From an uncultured Gammaproteobacteria bacterium (lineage in GTDB: Bacteria > Pseudomonadota > Gammaproteobacteria > Steroidobacterales > GCA-2729495), in NCBI GenBank assembly GCA_963802215.1, contig CAWDHQ010000001.1, forward strand, positions 2,216,022-2,280,021: a stretch of DNA of 64,000 nt, given 5' to 3'. The position numbers were made by a program, and so were the translations under genes. This document shows positions 18,194 through 27,392 of this stretch, in pieces. Position 1 is the stretch's first letter. Every line of letters begins with the position of its first letter. Below the pieces are notes generated by a model. That model had not been told where the DNA came from. It searched no databases and worked only from the letters and a program-made list of their open reading frames with translations.

Positions 18194-19087
18194 ATGACCT
18201 TCGCGACCCGCGCTGACGCCTACGTGGCACGCATCGAGAGCGTGCTCGACCACCACCTGCCTGCGGCTGAGGTCGCGCCGGGCCGGTTACACGAAGCCAT
18301 GCGCTACTCGGCGCTGGGCGGCGGGAAGCGCATCCGCCCGATCCTGGTGTATGCGACCGGTGAGGCCCTGGGCGTGCCGCTGGAGGTGCTCGACGCGCCG
18401 GCGGCGGCCATCGAACTCATGCACGCGTTCTCGCTGATCCACGACGACCTGCCGGCCATGGACAACGACGACCTCCGGCGCGGCCGCCCCACGGCCCACC
18501 GGGCCTTCGACGAGGCCACGGCCATTCTCGCCGCCGACGCCATGCAGCCCCTCGCCTTCGAGATCCTGGCCACTCACCCGGCGCTGGTCGGCAATCCCGC
18601 GGCCCAGGTCCGGCTGGTCGCGCTGATCGCCGACGCCTGCGGCTCCCGGGGCATGACGGGCGGCCAGTCCATGGACCTCGCCGCCGAAGGCCGGCGCCTC
18701 GACCCGGCCGAGCTGGAGCACATCTACCGGCTAAAGACGGGCTGCCTGCTGCGGGCCAGTGTGATGGCTGCTGCCTGCTGCGCGGAAAAGGTACCGGACA
18801 CCACCCGCGAAGCCCTGGAGCGCTTCGTGGATGCCCTGGGCCTGGCCTTCCAGGTCCGGGACGACATCCTGGACATCGAGGGCACGACGGAGGAAACGGG
18901 CAAGACCGGCGGCTCGGACCTGGCCAAGGACAAGGCCACCTACCCCCACCTCTTCGGCATGCCCAAGGCCCGCCAGCGGGCCGACGAGCTGCTGCAGCAA
19001 GCCACGGAGGCCCTGGCGGCCTTCGGATCCGGCTACGACGGACTGCGGTGGGCGGCGCGCTACATCGTGCTGCGCCAGCGGGCTTGA
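18194..19087 (+). CDS. ispA: (2E,6E)-farnesyl diphosphate synthase
   Basis: ORF 18119..19087, ATG at 18194 (MTFATRADAY). First and second Asp-rich motifs: LIHDDLPAMDNDDLRRG and FQVRDDILD. Confidence 0.9.
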   Translation: MTFATRADAYVARIESVLDHHLPAAEVAPGRLHEAMRYSALGGGKRIRPILVYATGEALGVPLEVLDAPAAAIELMHAFSLIHDDLPAMDNDDLRRGRPTAHRAFDEATAILAADAMQPLAFEILATHPALVGNPAAQVRLVALIADACGSRGMTGGQSMDLAAEGRRLDPAELEHIYRLKTGCLLRASVMAAACCAEKVPDTTREALERFVDALGLAFQVRDDILDIEGTTEETGKTGGSDLAKDKATYPHLFGMPKARQRADELLQQATEALAAFGSGYDGLRWAARYIVLRQRA

Positions 19088-19109
19088 CGGGCTGCTAGGC
19101 TGGGCCGGG

Positions 19110-20777
19110 ATGTACACCAGTTTCTTCGGCCTCAACGAGAAGCCCTTCTCGATCACACCCGACCCCCGCTATCTCTACATGAGCGAGCGGCACGCGGAGG
19201 CCCTCGCGCACCTGATCTATGGCGTCAAGGAAAGCGGTGGATTCATCCAGTTGACCGGGGAAGTGGGCACGGGCAAGACGACGCTCGTGCGCAGCCTCCT
19301 CCAGCAGCTGCCGGACTTCGCCGACGTGGCCGTGGTGCTGAACTCCCAGTTGTCCCGCGTGGAGTTCCTGAGCTCCATCTGCGAGGAGCTCCACCTGGAG
19401 CTGCCCGAACAGCGCAACAGCATCAAGGCGCTGACCGACGCCCTCAATGTCTACCTGCTCCGCAATCACAGCCAGGGCCGGCGCACGATCCTCATCGTTG
19501 ACGAGGCCCAGAACCTGCGGGTGGAGGTCCTGGAGCAGGTCCGCCTGCTGACCAACCTGGAGACCGCCAAGCAGAAGCTGCTCCAGATCATCCTGATCGG
19601 CCAGCCCGAGCTCCGCGAGCTTCTCGGCCGCAACGACATGCGCCAGCTCGCCCAGCGCATCACGGGGCGTTACCACCTGGAGCCGCTATCCCGGGATGAA
19701 ACCACCGCCTACATCGAGCACCGGCTGAAAGTCGCCGGCGCCATCGGCCCGATCTTCTCGGGCCCCGCCAAGCGCGAGCTGTATCGCCTGTCCGGCGGCG
19801 TGCCGCGCATGATCAACGTGATCGCCGACCGGGCACTGCTGGGCGCGTACACCATCGAAGAACGTGAGGTCACCCCCGAACTCGTCCGGGCGGCGGTGGC
19901 CGAGGTCTTCGACAGGCCGCCGGTCGGCTTCGGCTGGTGGCAGCGCCCCTGGTGGGCGCACCCGTCGGCGCTGGCCGGGCTCGGCCTCACCGGCCTGCTG
20001 ATCGTGCTGGCGTCGGGCTTCGCCGGCGTCCAGTGGCTGCGCGCCAGCCAGGACGCAGCACCCGCTCCCGCCGCCGCCAGCGCGGGAGCAGTCCCGGCGC
20101 AGCCGCCAGCCGCCGCCGCACAACTTGCCGTGGCCGACAGTCCGGCCCCCCTGGTGCCGCTGGCACCCCTGCTGAAGAGCAACGCGGGCCGGACCGGAAC
20201 GGACACTGCCTTCAGCACGCTGTTCAAGCTGTGGAGCGTGGACCTGAAGAGCGACACGAAGCGGCCCTGTGTGCAGGCCGAGGAACGCGGCCTCCACTGC
20301 CTGTACCAGCGGGGTACCCTGGACCAGGTGCGTACCCTCGGGCGACCGGTGATCCTGACCCTGCGCGATGGCAACAGCAATCCGCACCAGGTCGTGCTGG
20401 CCGGCCTCGGACCCCGGTCCGCGGCCATTGATATCGGCGGCACGTCATACAGGGTGGCCAACAGCGAGCTCGAGCAGCTGTGGTTTGGCGAGTACCTGCT
20501 GCTCTGGCGCCCCGGGACCAGCGGCGTGAAGTCCTTCCTGCCCGGGATGCGGGACCCGGACGTGCGCTGGCTGCGGGAAAGCCTCGCGAAGATCCAGGGA
20601 AAACCGGTGGAGCCCATGGACTCGGACCTGTTCGACGAGAACCTGGCTGCCCGGGTGCGGGACTATCAGCGGGACCGGCGCCTGCCCGTCGATGGCATGG
20701 CGGGGCACGCTACCCAGGTGGCGATCAGCTCGGACCTGGGTGGCGGCGACATGCCGCGCCTGGCCCAGGCCAATTAG
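19110..20777 (+). CDS. gspA: ExeA/GspA-type AAA+ ATPase with C-terminal peptidoglycan-binding domain
   Basis: Inner start MYTSFFGLNEKPFSITPDPRYLY, Walker A GEVGTGKT, and a PG_binding_1-like C-terminus (RVRDYQRDRRLPVDGMAG). Upstream part of track ORF 18831..20777 is ignored. Confidence 0.85.
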   Translation: MYTSFFGLNEKPFSITPDPRYLYMSERHAEALAHLIYGVKESGGFIQLTGEVGTGKTTLVRSLLQQLPDFADVAVVLNSQLSRVEFLSSICEELHLELPEQRNSIKALTDALNVYLLRNHSQGRRTILIVDEAQNLRVEVLEQVRLLTNLETAKQKLLQIILIGQPELRELLGRNDMRQLAQRITGRYHLEPLSRDETTAYIEHRLKVAGAIGPIFSGPAKRELYRLSGGVPRMINVIADRALLGAYTIEEREVTPELVRAAVAEVFDRPPVGFGWWQRPWWAHPSALAGLGLTGLLIVLASGFAGVQWLRASQDAAPAPAAASAGAVPAQPPAAAAQLAVADSPAPLVPLAPLLKSNAGRTGTDTAFSTLFKLWSVDLKSDTKRPCVQAEERGLHCLYQRGTLDQVRTLGRPVILTLRDGNSNPHQVVLAGLGPRSAAIDIGGTSYRVANSELEQLWFGEYLLLWRPGTSGVKSFLPGMRDPDVRWLRESLAKIQGKPVEPMDSDLFDENLAARVRDYQRDRRLPVDGMAGHATQVAISSDLGGGDMPRLAQAN

Positions 20778-20822
20778 CCGCCCGATCAGCCCTTGACGAT
20801 CACAACCGGTAGCCACTGAACC

Positions 20823-21572
20823 ATGTCCTTCATCCTTGATGCCCTGCGCAAGAGCGACGCCGAACGGCAGAGGGCCGTGACCCCCGGGCTCTCGGACGTG
20901 CGCTATGCCGCCCACCGCTCGAAGCGGAACATCTGGCTGCCGGTCCTGGTGGCCGTGCTGGCGGCCAACGCCGTGTTCCTTGCCGTCCAGTTCCTCGGCC
21001 GGGACGATGCACCGGTCGCCCCGTCACAGCCGCCGGTACCTGAAGCGCCAGGCGCGGCTCAGCCCGCCGCGGTCCCGCCAGCCGCGGAGTCGCCCGTCGC
21101 CGATATCCGGCCCCTCGCCCGGGAAGCGGAGTTCGGGGAGCCCCTTCCGGAGCCGGAGGTGGAGAGCGAATTCGAGGCGCCGCCGGGACCGGTCCCAGCC
21201 CCCGTGATCGCGGAAACGGCCGAAGGGCCGCCAGTGCCGGACGCAGGCGCGGGCCGGGCGCCGCCGACCGGGACGGCGACGCCCCCGGCCGGGCCGGTGG
21301 CCACCGGGCCCGCCACGCCTTCGCGCATCGTGGCAGGCAATGACCTGCCGACGGCCGAGGAAATGATGGGCTCAGGCGCACTCAATATTCCAATGCTCAA
21401 CCTGGACCTGCACGTCTTCAGCGAAGCCCCGGCCGGTCGCTTCGTGGTCATCAACGCGCAGAAGTACAAGGAAGGGAGCAGGCTGCCCGAAGGGCCCACG
21501 GTCGAGAGCATCACCAGGGACGGTGTCATCCTGTCGAATCAGGGCCGGCGGTTCACGCTGTCCCGGAAATGA
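20823..21572 (+). CDS. gspB: general secretion pathway protein B (ExeB-like)
   Basis: MSFILDALRKSDAERQ N-terminus, one TM helix, a Pro/Ala-rich linker and a conserved C-terminal domain. Located directly after gspA. Confidence 0.75.
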   Translation: MSFILDALRKSDAERQRAVTPGLSDVRYAAHRSKRNIWLPVLVAVLAANAVFLAVQFLGRDDAPVAPSQPPVPEAPGAAQPAAVPPAAESPVADIRPLAREAEFGEPLPEPEVESEFEAPPGPVPAPVIAETAEGPPVPDAGAGRAPPTGTATPPAGPVATGPATPSRIVAGNDLPTAEEMMGSGALNIPMLNLDLHVFSEAPAGRFVVINAQKYKEGSRLPEGPTVESITRDGVILSNQGRRFTLSRK

Positions 21573-23404
21573 AGCAGAGACTGCCCCTCCGCGTGGCCTA
21601 CCTGGATGGCCGCCGCTTTCAGCGGCTGCTCCTCGGTGGCATTGCCCGCCTCGTCGGTGAGCGTGGGCACCTGGACCGCATCAACGTCTACCCGGTCCCC
21701 GACGGGGACACGGGCACGAATCTGGCGCTGACCTTCACGGCCGTCGGGGAGCGCCTGGCGGCTACCAGTACCCGGCATGCGGGCGAACTCCTTGGGGTCG
21801 CCGCCGACGCAGCGCTCGACGGAGCGCGCGGCAACTCCGGCGCGATCTTCGCGCAGTACCTCCAGGGCCTGAGCGAGTTCCTGGCCGGGCACGAGCGGGT
21901 CCGGCCGGAGGAACTGGCACTCGCGCTGGCCTCGGCAGAAGGCTATGCGCGCAGCGCCATCCAGAACCCGGCAGAAGGCACGGTGCTGACGGTCATGCGT
22001 GACATCGCCTCCGCCGTTGCACCCGGCCAGCTACCCGAGAACTCGGACTTCCTGACCCTTCTGACATCCCTGCTCGCCAGGGCGCGGGAAGCGGTCGCGA
22101 CCACCCGCAGGACGCTGGCATCGATGCGCGACGCCGGCGTTGAAGACGCCGGCGCCCGGGGCCTGCTCGTCCTGCTCGAAGGTATGGCCGACGCCCTGCA
22201 GCCGGGACTGGCCCCGGCGATGCCCGTCGTCGAGGAGGGCGATCCGTCGGCCCACAGTCCGGCGGACTACAGCCATGTGGGCCCGCCGGAGCATCGCTTC
22301 TGCACGGAATGCCTGGTCACCGGCTCGCGGGTGGACAGGGACAGCCTGCGGACCGAGCTGGCCCGCATCGGCAGCAGCGCGGTGGTCGTGGGCGGAGCGA
22401 CCAAGGCCCGGCTCCACGTCCACGTCAACGATCCCGCGCAGGCGTTCGCCATTGCGCGCCGGTACGGCAAGGTTTCGGCGGAGAAGGCCGACGACATGCT
22501 GCGCCAGGAGCGCTCGCTGAAGGCGGACGGACGGCGGGTGGCCATCGTGGCGGACTCGGGCGCCGACCTGCCAGCCGATACCTGGGACGCCTTCGGCATC
22601 CAGATGGTCCCCCTGCGGGTGAACTTCGGCAACGAGAGCCATCTCGACAAGGTGGGCATGTCCGCCAGCGGCTTCTGGGACGAGCTGGCGCGGAATCCGC
22701 TGCATCCCAAGACCTCGCAGCCGCCGCCAGGCGACTTCCGCCGGGCCTATGAGCTTCTGTCGTCCCACTTCGAGCATGTGGTGTCGGTCAGTCTCACCGG
22801 GCGCCTCAGCGGCACACTCCAGGCAGCCCAGTCGGCCGCGAGCCGCGTCAGCAAGCCCGGGCAACTGACCATCGTGGACAGCAGGAACGTGTCCGTCGGC
22901 ATGGGGCTGGTCGTGCTCACCGCCGCCGAGAACGCCCAGGCGGGCAAGTCGGCGGCGGAAGTCGTCGCGGCCACCGAGCGGGCGGCGTCCGTCACCCGCA
23001 CGTATGGCGCGATTCCCGATCTCAGCTACGCGGTGCGCGGTGGACGCATTCCCCAGCCCTGGCGCTGGCTGGCGGGCATCCTGCCGCTGGGCTTCCTGCT
23101 GGCCATCGACGGCGTGGGAGGGGTGAAGGTGCGCGGGATCCTGCGCCGGAACAGCGACCGGGTATCCGCCCTGGTGCGACTTGCCACCCAGGACCGGCTG
23201 CTGAAGTCCGGCACAACGCCGCTCCGGCTGGCCATCGCCCACTCGAACTCGCCGGAACTGGCGGAGGCCCTGCGCAGGGCCTGCGAGGTGGCATTCCCGA
23301 ACGTCGAGTCCGTGCACGTCGGGGATCTTGGCCCCGCCTACGGCGCACACGGTGGCCCTGGCACCCTCGCCCTGGCCGTCCAGGAATACGAGGCAGTAGC
23401 GTAG
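21569..23404 (+). CDS. DAK2 (FakA-like) domain fused to DegV (FakB-like) fatty-acid-binding domain
   Basis: The N-terminus INVYPVPDGDTGTNL...GARGNSG is Dak2-type. The C-terminal half VAIVADSGADLP...TSQPPPGDF is DegV-type. The TAG stop is in a REP arm. Confidence 0.75.
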   Translation: MKQRLPLRVAYLDGRRFQRLLLGGIARLVGERGHLDRINVYPVPDGDTGTNLALTFTAVGERLAATSTRHAGELLGVAADAALDGARGNSGAIFAQYLQGLSEFLAGHERVRPEELALALASAEGYARSAIQNPAEGTVLTVMRDIASAVAPGQLPENSDFLTLLTSLLARAREAVATTRRTLASMRDAGVEDAGARGLLVLLEGMADALQPGLAPAMPVVEEGDPSAHSPADYSHVGPPEHRFCTECLVTGSRVDRDSLRTELARIGSSAVVVGGATKARLHVHVNDPAQAFAIARRYGKVSAEKADDMLRQERSLKADGRRVAIVADSGADLPADTWDAFGIQMVPLRVNFGNESHLDKVGMSASGFWDELARNPLHPKTSQPPPGDFRRAYELLSSHFEHVVSVSLTGRLSGTLQAAQSAASRVSKPGQLTIVDSRNVSVGMGLVVLTAAENAQAGKSAAEVVAATERAASVTRTYGAIPDLSYAVRGGRIPQPWRWLAGILPLGFLLAIDGVGGVKVRGILRRNSDRVSALVRLATQDRLLKSGTTPLRLAIAHSNSPELAEALRRACEVAFPNVESVHVGDLGPAYGAHGGPGTLALAVQEYEAVA

Positions 23405-23426
23405 GAGCGCCGACCGGCGCTTCTAC
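23401..23426. repeat. collapsed REP-like hairpin GTAGGAGCGCCGaccGGCGCTTCTAC
   Basis: Imperfect palindrome that carries TAG stops of both convergent genes (23402-23404 plus strand, 23423-23425 minus strand). Confidence 0.75.
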
Positions 23427-24196
23427 TCTCTTATCCGATAGCCCCGGTTCAGCATCAGCACGCAGGCGCCAAAGAGCGCCGCGAGACAGACTGTCATCAT
23501 CAGGTAAGCGATGCCGATGGGCACGTCGGATATACCCAGCATCCCGTAGCGGAAGGCGTTCACCAGGTAAAGGATCGGGTTGAGGCGGGAAATCTGCTGG
23601 GCCGCCTCGGGCAGCAGCGAGATCGAGTAGAACACGCCACCGAGGTAGATGAGCGGCTGCAGAACGAAGGACGGGATGATGGACACGTCGTCGAAGTTCT
23701 TCGCCATGATCCCGTTGATCATGCCGCCCAGGGAGAAAATGGCGGCGCACATCAGGAACACGGAGATCGTGATCAGCGGGTGGGTGAAGGGCAGCGGAGT
23801 AAAGAACAGCGCGACCACCGTCACTGCCAGGCCTACGAGCACGCCGCGGATCATCCCGCCCGCCATGTGGCCCAGCACGATCGTGACGTTCGACATGGGC
23901 GCCACGAGCAGCTCTTCCAGATGGCGGTTGATCTTCGCCGAGAAGAACGACGACACCACGTTGCCATAGGCATTGGTGATGACTGCCATCATGATCAGGC
24001 CAGGAGCGATGTATTGCCGGTAATCGAAGCCGTCCATCTGGCCGATGCGCCGCCCGATGAGATTGCCGAAGATGACGAAGTAGAGCGCCATGTTGATCAC
24101 GGGCGGCAGGATGGTTTGCCCCCAGATGCGCACGACCCGGTGGTACTCCTTGCGGCACAGGGTCGCCAGCGCGATGGCCTGCTGGCGGACGCTCAT
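23423..24196 (-). CDS. ABC-2 type transporter permease (YadH-like)
   Basis: 257 aa with six predicted TM segments and ABC-2 family similarity. Overlaps the ATPase gene by 4 nt. Confidence 0.85.
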   Translation of the reverse strand: MSVRQQAIALATLCRKEYHRVVRIWGQTILPPVINMALYFVIFGNLIGRRIGQMDGFDYRQYIAPGLIMMAVITNAYGNVVSSFFSAKINRHLEELLVAPMSNVTIVLGHMAGGMIRGVLVGLAVTVVALFFTPLPFTHPLITISVFLMCAAIFSLGGMINGIMAKNFDDVSIIPSFVLQPLIYLGGVFYSISLLPEAAQQISRLNPILYLVNAFRYGMLGISDVPIGIAYLMMTVCLAALFGACVLMLNRGYRIRE

Positions 24197-25116
24197 CGTG
24201 CGCCCCCCTTGCGCTCGGTAACGGTGAGGAAGAGTTCCTCGAGGCGATTGGACTTGTTGCGCATGCTGAGGATGTGGATGCCCGCGGCGGACAGTGCTGC
24301 GAACAGCTCATTGACGCTGCGCGACCGCGGGAGCGCCACCTCGATCTCCTGGGGACCGTTCAGCCGGATATCGAAGCCAGGCAGGCTGGGCGCCACGGGG
24401 ACGGGATCCCGTGGCGTCAGCAGAAAGACTTCCTCGTGGAGCTTGGCGAGTACGCTGGTCATCGGGCCCCGCTCGATGACCCGGCCGTGGTCGATGATCG
24501 CAACGTTCCGGCAGAGGTTTTCCGCCTCTTCCAGGTAGTGGGTGGTAAGGATGATCGTCGTCCCGGCGGCATTCAGTTCCCGCAGGAACTCCCACATGGA
24601 GCGCCGTATTTCAATGTCCACGCCGGCGGTGGGCTCGTCCAGGATCAACAGGCGCGGTTCGTGCACCAGGGCGCGGGCAATCATCAGCCGGCGCTTCATG
24701 CCCCCGGACAGGCTGCGCGCCGTCTCGTTGCGCTTCTCCCAGAGCTGCAGCTGCCGGAGGCAGATCTCGGCTCGTTGGCGCGCGCGGTCCCGGGTGAGGC
24801 CGTAGAACCCCGCCTGGTTGATGACGATGTTCTGCGCCTTGTCCCACAGGTTCAGGTTCAGCTCCTGGGGCACGACGCCGATGGCATTCTTGACGGCGTT
24901 GATATTCCGGTCCAGGTCCTGGCCGAACACGCTCACCCGGCCACTGGTCTTGGTGACCAGCGAGGTCACGATCCCGATGAGGCTCGTCTTCCCCGCTCCA
25001 TTCGGCCCGAGCAGTGCGAAGAAGTCGCCGGTCTCCACGGCGAGGTCGATCCCGTCCAGTGCCCGGACGCCGTTGGCGTAGACCTTGGTGAGTTGCTGGA
25101 CCGAGAGCGCGTGCAT
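24193..25116 (-). CDS. ABC transporter ATP-binding protein (YadG-like)
   Basis: Walker A GPNGAGKT, signature LSGGMKRR, Walker B LLILDEPT. ATG at 25116 is preferred over TTG at 25152. Confidence 0.88.
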   Translation of the reverse strand: MHALSVQQLTKVYANGVRALDGIDLAVETGDFFALLGPNGAGKTSLIGIVTSLVTKTSGRVSVFGQDLDRNINAVKNAIGVVPQELNLNLWDKAQNIVINQAGFYGLTRDRARQRAEICLRQLQLWEKRNETARSLSGGMKRRLMIARALVHEPRLLILDEPTAGVDIEIRRSMWEFLRELNAAGTTIILTTHYLEEAENLCRNVAIIDHGRVIERGPMTSVLAKLHEEVFLLTPRDPVPVAPSLPGFDIRLNGPQEIEVALPRSRSVNELFAALSAAGIHILSMRNKSNRLEELFLTVTERKGGAR

Positions 25117-25206
25117 GGCGCGGCATTGTGCCTGCTGGGCATGCGGAAACAACGCTTGCTGGCCGGTACACCGCGCATTGAACCCGGCGATCCCGGCCGC
25201 GGATGT

Positions 25207-25803
25207 TCAGCGGCGACTCAAGAGGGTGAGCTGCACGACCGAGAGTCGCGTAGCCATCAGCACCTGCGCGTCCGACTGGGAGGCAGCCCGCACCAGGTCC
25301 GGCCAGATCCGGGGGTGCCGGCAGAAGCGGGCCTCGAGACACCCGACCGCTCCCGCGGCGGCGCGTTGCAGGTCACGGAAGCCGGCACTGGCCAGCTGCT
25401 CGACAGCGAGGTTCCCCGGGCCGATGCAGAGCGCCGCGAGAAGCCGGTCCTGCCGGGCCGTGTGCCAGAGCCACGTGAGCAGCGACGCGGCGAACAGGCG
25501 CGCGGCTTCGGCATGTGCCGCGACTGTCGGGCTCATCGGCAAGCCGGTGCCTGACCCCGGGTTCTCGGCGACACCCCGCGGCAGCAGCCGGGGTGGCAGT
25601 ACGGCGAAGGCCGACAGCAGGCAGGGCGTTTCCGCGATGGTCTCGAGCTGGGCCGGCGCCAGCAATCCCAGGCGTTGCCTCACGTTGGGCGCCAGGCCGA
25701 AGGCCTCCCCCGCCCGGCTATCCGTGCACAACAGCTCCAGAAACTCCCGGTTGAAGTCGCGGATTTCCCGCCGGAGCAGCGTATCGGGCCATTTTCTGGG
25801 CAT
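25207..25803 (-). CDS. hypothetical protein, divergent partner of the FlhC-like gene
   Basis: 198-aa ORF with an ATG start and GC-rich third codon positions. No family recognised. Confidence 0.5.
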   Translation of the reverse strand: MPRKWPDTLLRREIRDFNREFLELLCTDSRAGEAFGLAPNVRQRLGLLAPAQLETIAETPCLLSAFAVLPPRLLPRGVAENPGSGTGLPMSPTVAAHAEAARLFAASLLTWLWHTARQDRLLAALCIGPGNLAVEQLASAGFRDLQRAAAGAVGCLEARFCRHPRIWPDLVRAASQSDAQVLMATRLSVVQLTLLSRR

Positions 25804-25842
25804 TTGCGAGCTTCCCCGGGAGCGACCGGCAGGTACTATAAA

Positions 25843-25858
25843 TGTTCCAAATGGAACA
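25843..25858. promoter_or_regulatory. operator-like palindrome TGTTCCA-aa-TGGAACA in an AT-rich divergent intergenic region
   Basis: Perfect 7-bp inverted repeat at 25843-25858, with a further half-site TGTTCCA at 25884-25890. It lies between the divergent genes 25207..25803 and 25924..26475. Confidence 0.5.
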
Positions 25859-25923
25859 AATAAACAAACGGATTAACCAGATTTGTTCCAAAATGACCAA
25901 AACTGGTGGGAAATGGGGGAAAC

Positions 25924-26475
25924 ATGCGGGCGACAGACAACCGCTATGCCGGCGAGCGGGAACGATTCGACCTGGCCATCCGGATGATCGAGCACGAGGC
26001 CCGGACCGGGACCATCCGGCTCTGCACCGGGTTCACGGAGGACCGGATCCGGAAGATCTGCGCGAGCTACTTCCCGGGCCGGGAGGCCGTCCGGCGCCGG
26101 CGGGGCAAGACCCCGAGCCAGGTCGCCCCTTTCGTCAACTCGGCGCGCCGCCAGGGTGAGGCCAGCCTGCTGGCCCTGCTCTTCGTGCAGACGGGGGTCG
26201 TCCGGCTGGACCCGGACACCCGGGCGCTGCCCGCCGTCTCCCCGCCCGGTGTCGCCCTGGGCGCCGGCCTCTGCGATGCCTTCGAGGCGTACCTGGTCCT
26301 GCACCCGGAGCCGCAACTCTCCTTCGAGTGGGCGTGGAACCTGTACCGCTGCCTCGTGTCACGCCGGGAACTGCGGCTGGTCTGGTGCGCCCTGTGCGAG
26401 GGTCCCTACGTGCAGGATGCCTACGCACTCGACTACGAAAGGTGCCCGTTTTGCGAACTCAAGGATCATGCGTAA
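25924..26475 (+). CDS. FlhC-like transcriptional regulator (zinc-ribbon C-terminus)
   Basis: Collinear with FlhC: DLAIRMIEHEARTGTIRLCTGFTEDRIRKIC compared with FlhC LAMELITLGARLQMLE...LSRGRLIKLY. C-terminal CALCEGPY...CPFC four-Cys site. ATG at 25924 follows GGGGGA. Confidence 0.6.
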   Translation: MRATDNRYAGERERFDLAIRMIEHEARTGTIRLCTGFTEDRIRKICASYFPGREAVRRRRGKTPSQVAPFVNSARRQGEASLLALLFVQTGVVRLDPDTRALPAVSPPGVALGAGLCDAFEAYLVLHPEPQLSFEWAWNLYRCLVSRRELRLVWCALCEGPYVQDAYALDYERCPFCELKDHA

Positions 26476-27388
26476 CCTGAACCCCATGACCCGTGACAGC
26501 GCCCGTGACAGCGCCCGCATCACCTTCACCGGCTCCGGCATCGAGCGCCTGTCGCCCCTGCGGCAGCAGGCGGAAGAGCTGGCGGCGGCGTTCGCGGCAG
26601 CCGACACGCGCTTCGTGCCTATCTGGCAGTCCCGGTGTCTGCTCCAGGACGGCGGCGTCGTGGTCTGCCGCCGGGAAGACCTGGAGCCCCTCACCGGCGG
26701 GCACGAATCAGCCGTGTTCCTGGGGCGGCGCGGCGGCCAGGCGCTCTTCGCCGTCGATGTGCGGGGCGACGAGCCACCGCCATCGCTGCCGGCCATTGGC
26801 TTCCGCGGCCTGCGGGAGGTCCTTGGCCGGGTCAGCGAAGCCGACGCCGCCCTGCTCGCCTACGCGCGCGCCATGATCCTCTGGCAGGAGCGCCACAGGC
26901 ACTGCGGCGTCTGCGGCGCGCCGAACCGCGCCGGCGAGGGTGGCTTCGTGATGGCCTGCACCCGCCCCGGCTGCGACCACAAGAGTTTCCCCCGCATCGA
27001 CCCCGCTGTGATCGTGCTCGTGCACCGGGGCGAGCGCTGCCTGCTGGGCCGCCAGGCGGCCTGGCCGGCCGGGCGCTTCTCCACCATCGCCGGCTTCGTG
27101 GAGCCGGGCGAGTCCCTCGAGGATGCGGTGGTCCGGGAAGTGCACGAGGAGGCCAACATCCAGGTCGGCGACTGTACCTATATCGGTTCCCAGCCCTGGC
27201 CGTTCCCTGCCGCCATGATGCTGGGCTTCCATGCCACGGGCCTCACCGACGACATCCGCTTCAACGACGGCGAGCTCGTCGAAGCCCGGTGGTTCCACCG
27301 GGATGATCTCCGCGCCGGCGCCGTCGCCTTGCCGCCCCGGGAGTCCATCGCCTTCCGCCTGATCGAGGCGTGGCTCGACCGTACCTGA
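26468..27388 (+). CDS. nudC: NAD+ diphosphatase (NADH pyrophosphatase), Nudix family
   Basis: Zinc ribbon HCGVCGAP...CTRPGCDH and Nudix box GFVEPGESLEDAVVREVHEEANI, followed by SQPWPFP. Start is 26468 or 26486. Confidence 0.88.
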   Translation: MRNLNPMTRDSARDSARITFTGSGIERLSPLRQQAEELAAAFAAADTRFVPIWQSRCLLQDGGVVVCRREDLEPLTGGHESAVFLGRRGGQALFAVDVRGDEPPPSLPAIGFRGLREVLGRVSEADAALLAYARAMILWQERHRHCGVCGAPNRAGEGGFVMACTRPGCDHKSFPRIDPAVIVLVHRGERCLLGRQAAWPAGRFSTIAGFVEPGESLEDAVVREVHEEANIQVGDCTYIGSQPWPFPAAMMLGFHATGLTDDIRFNDGELVEARWFHRDDLRAGAVALPPRESIAFRLIEAWLDRT

Positions 27389-27392
27389 CCCC

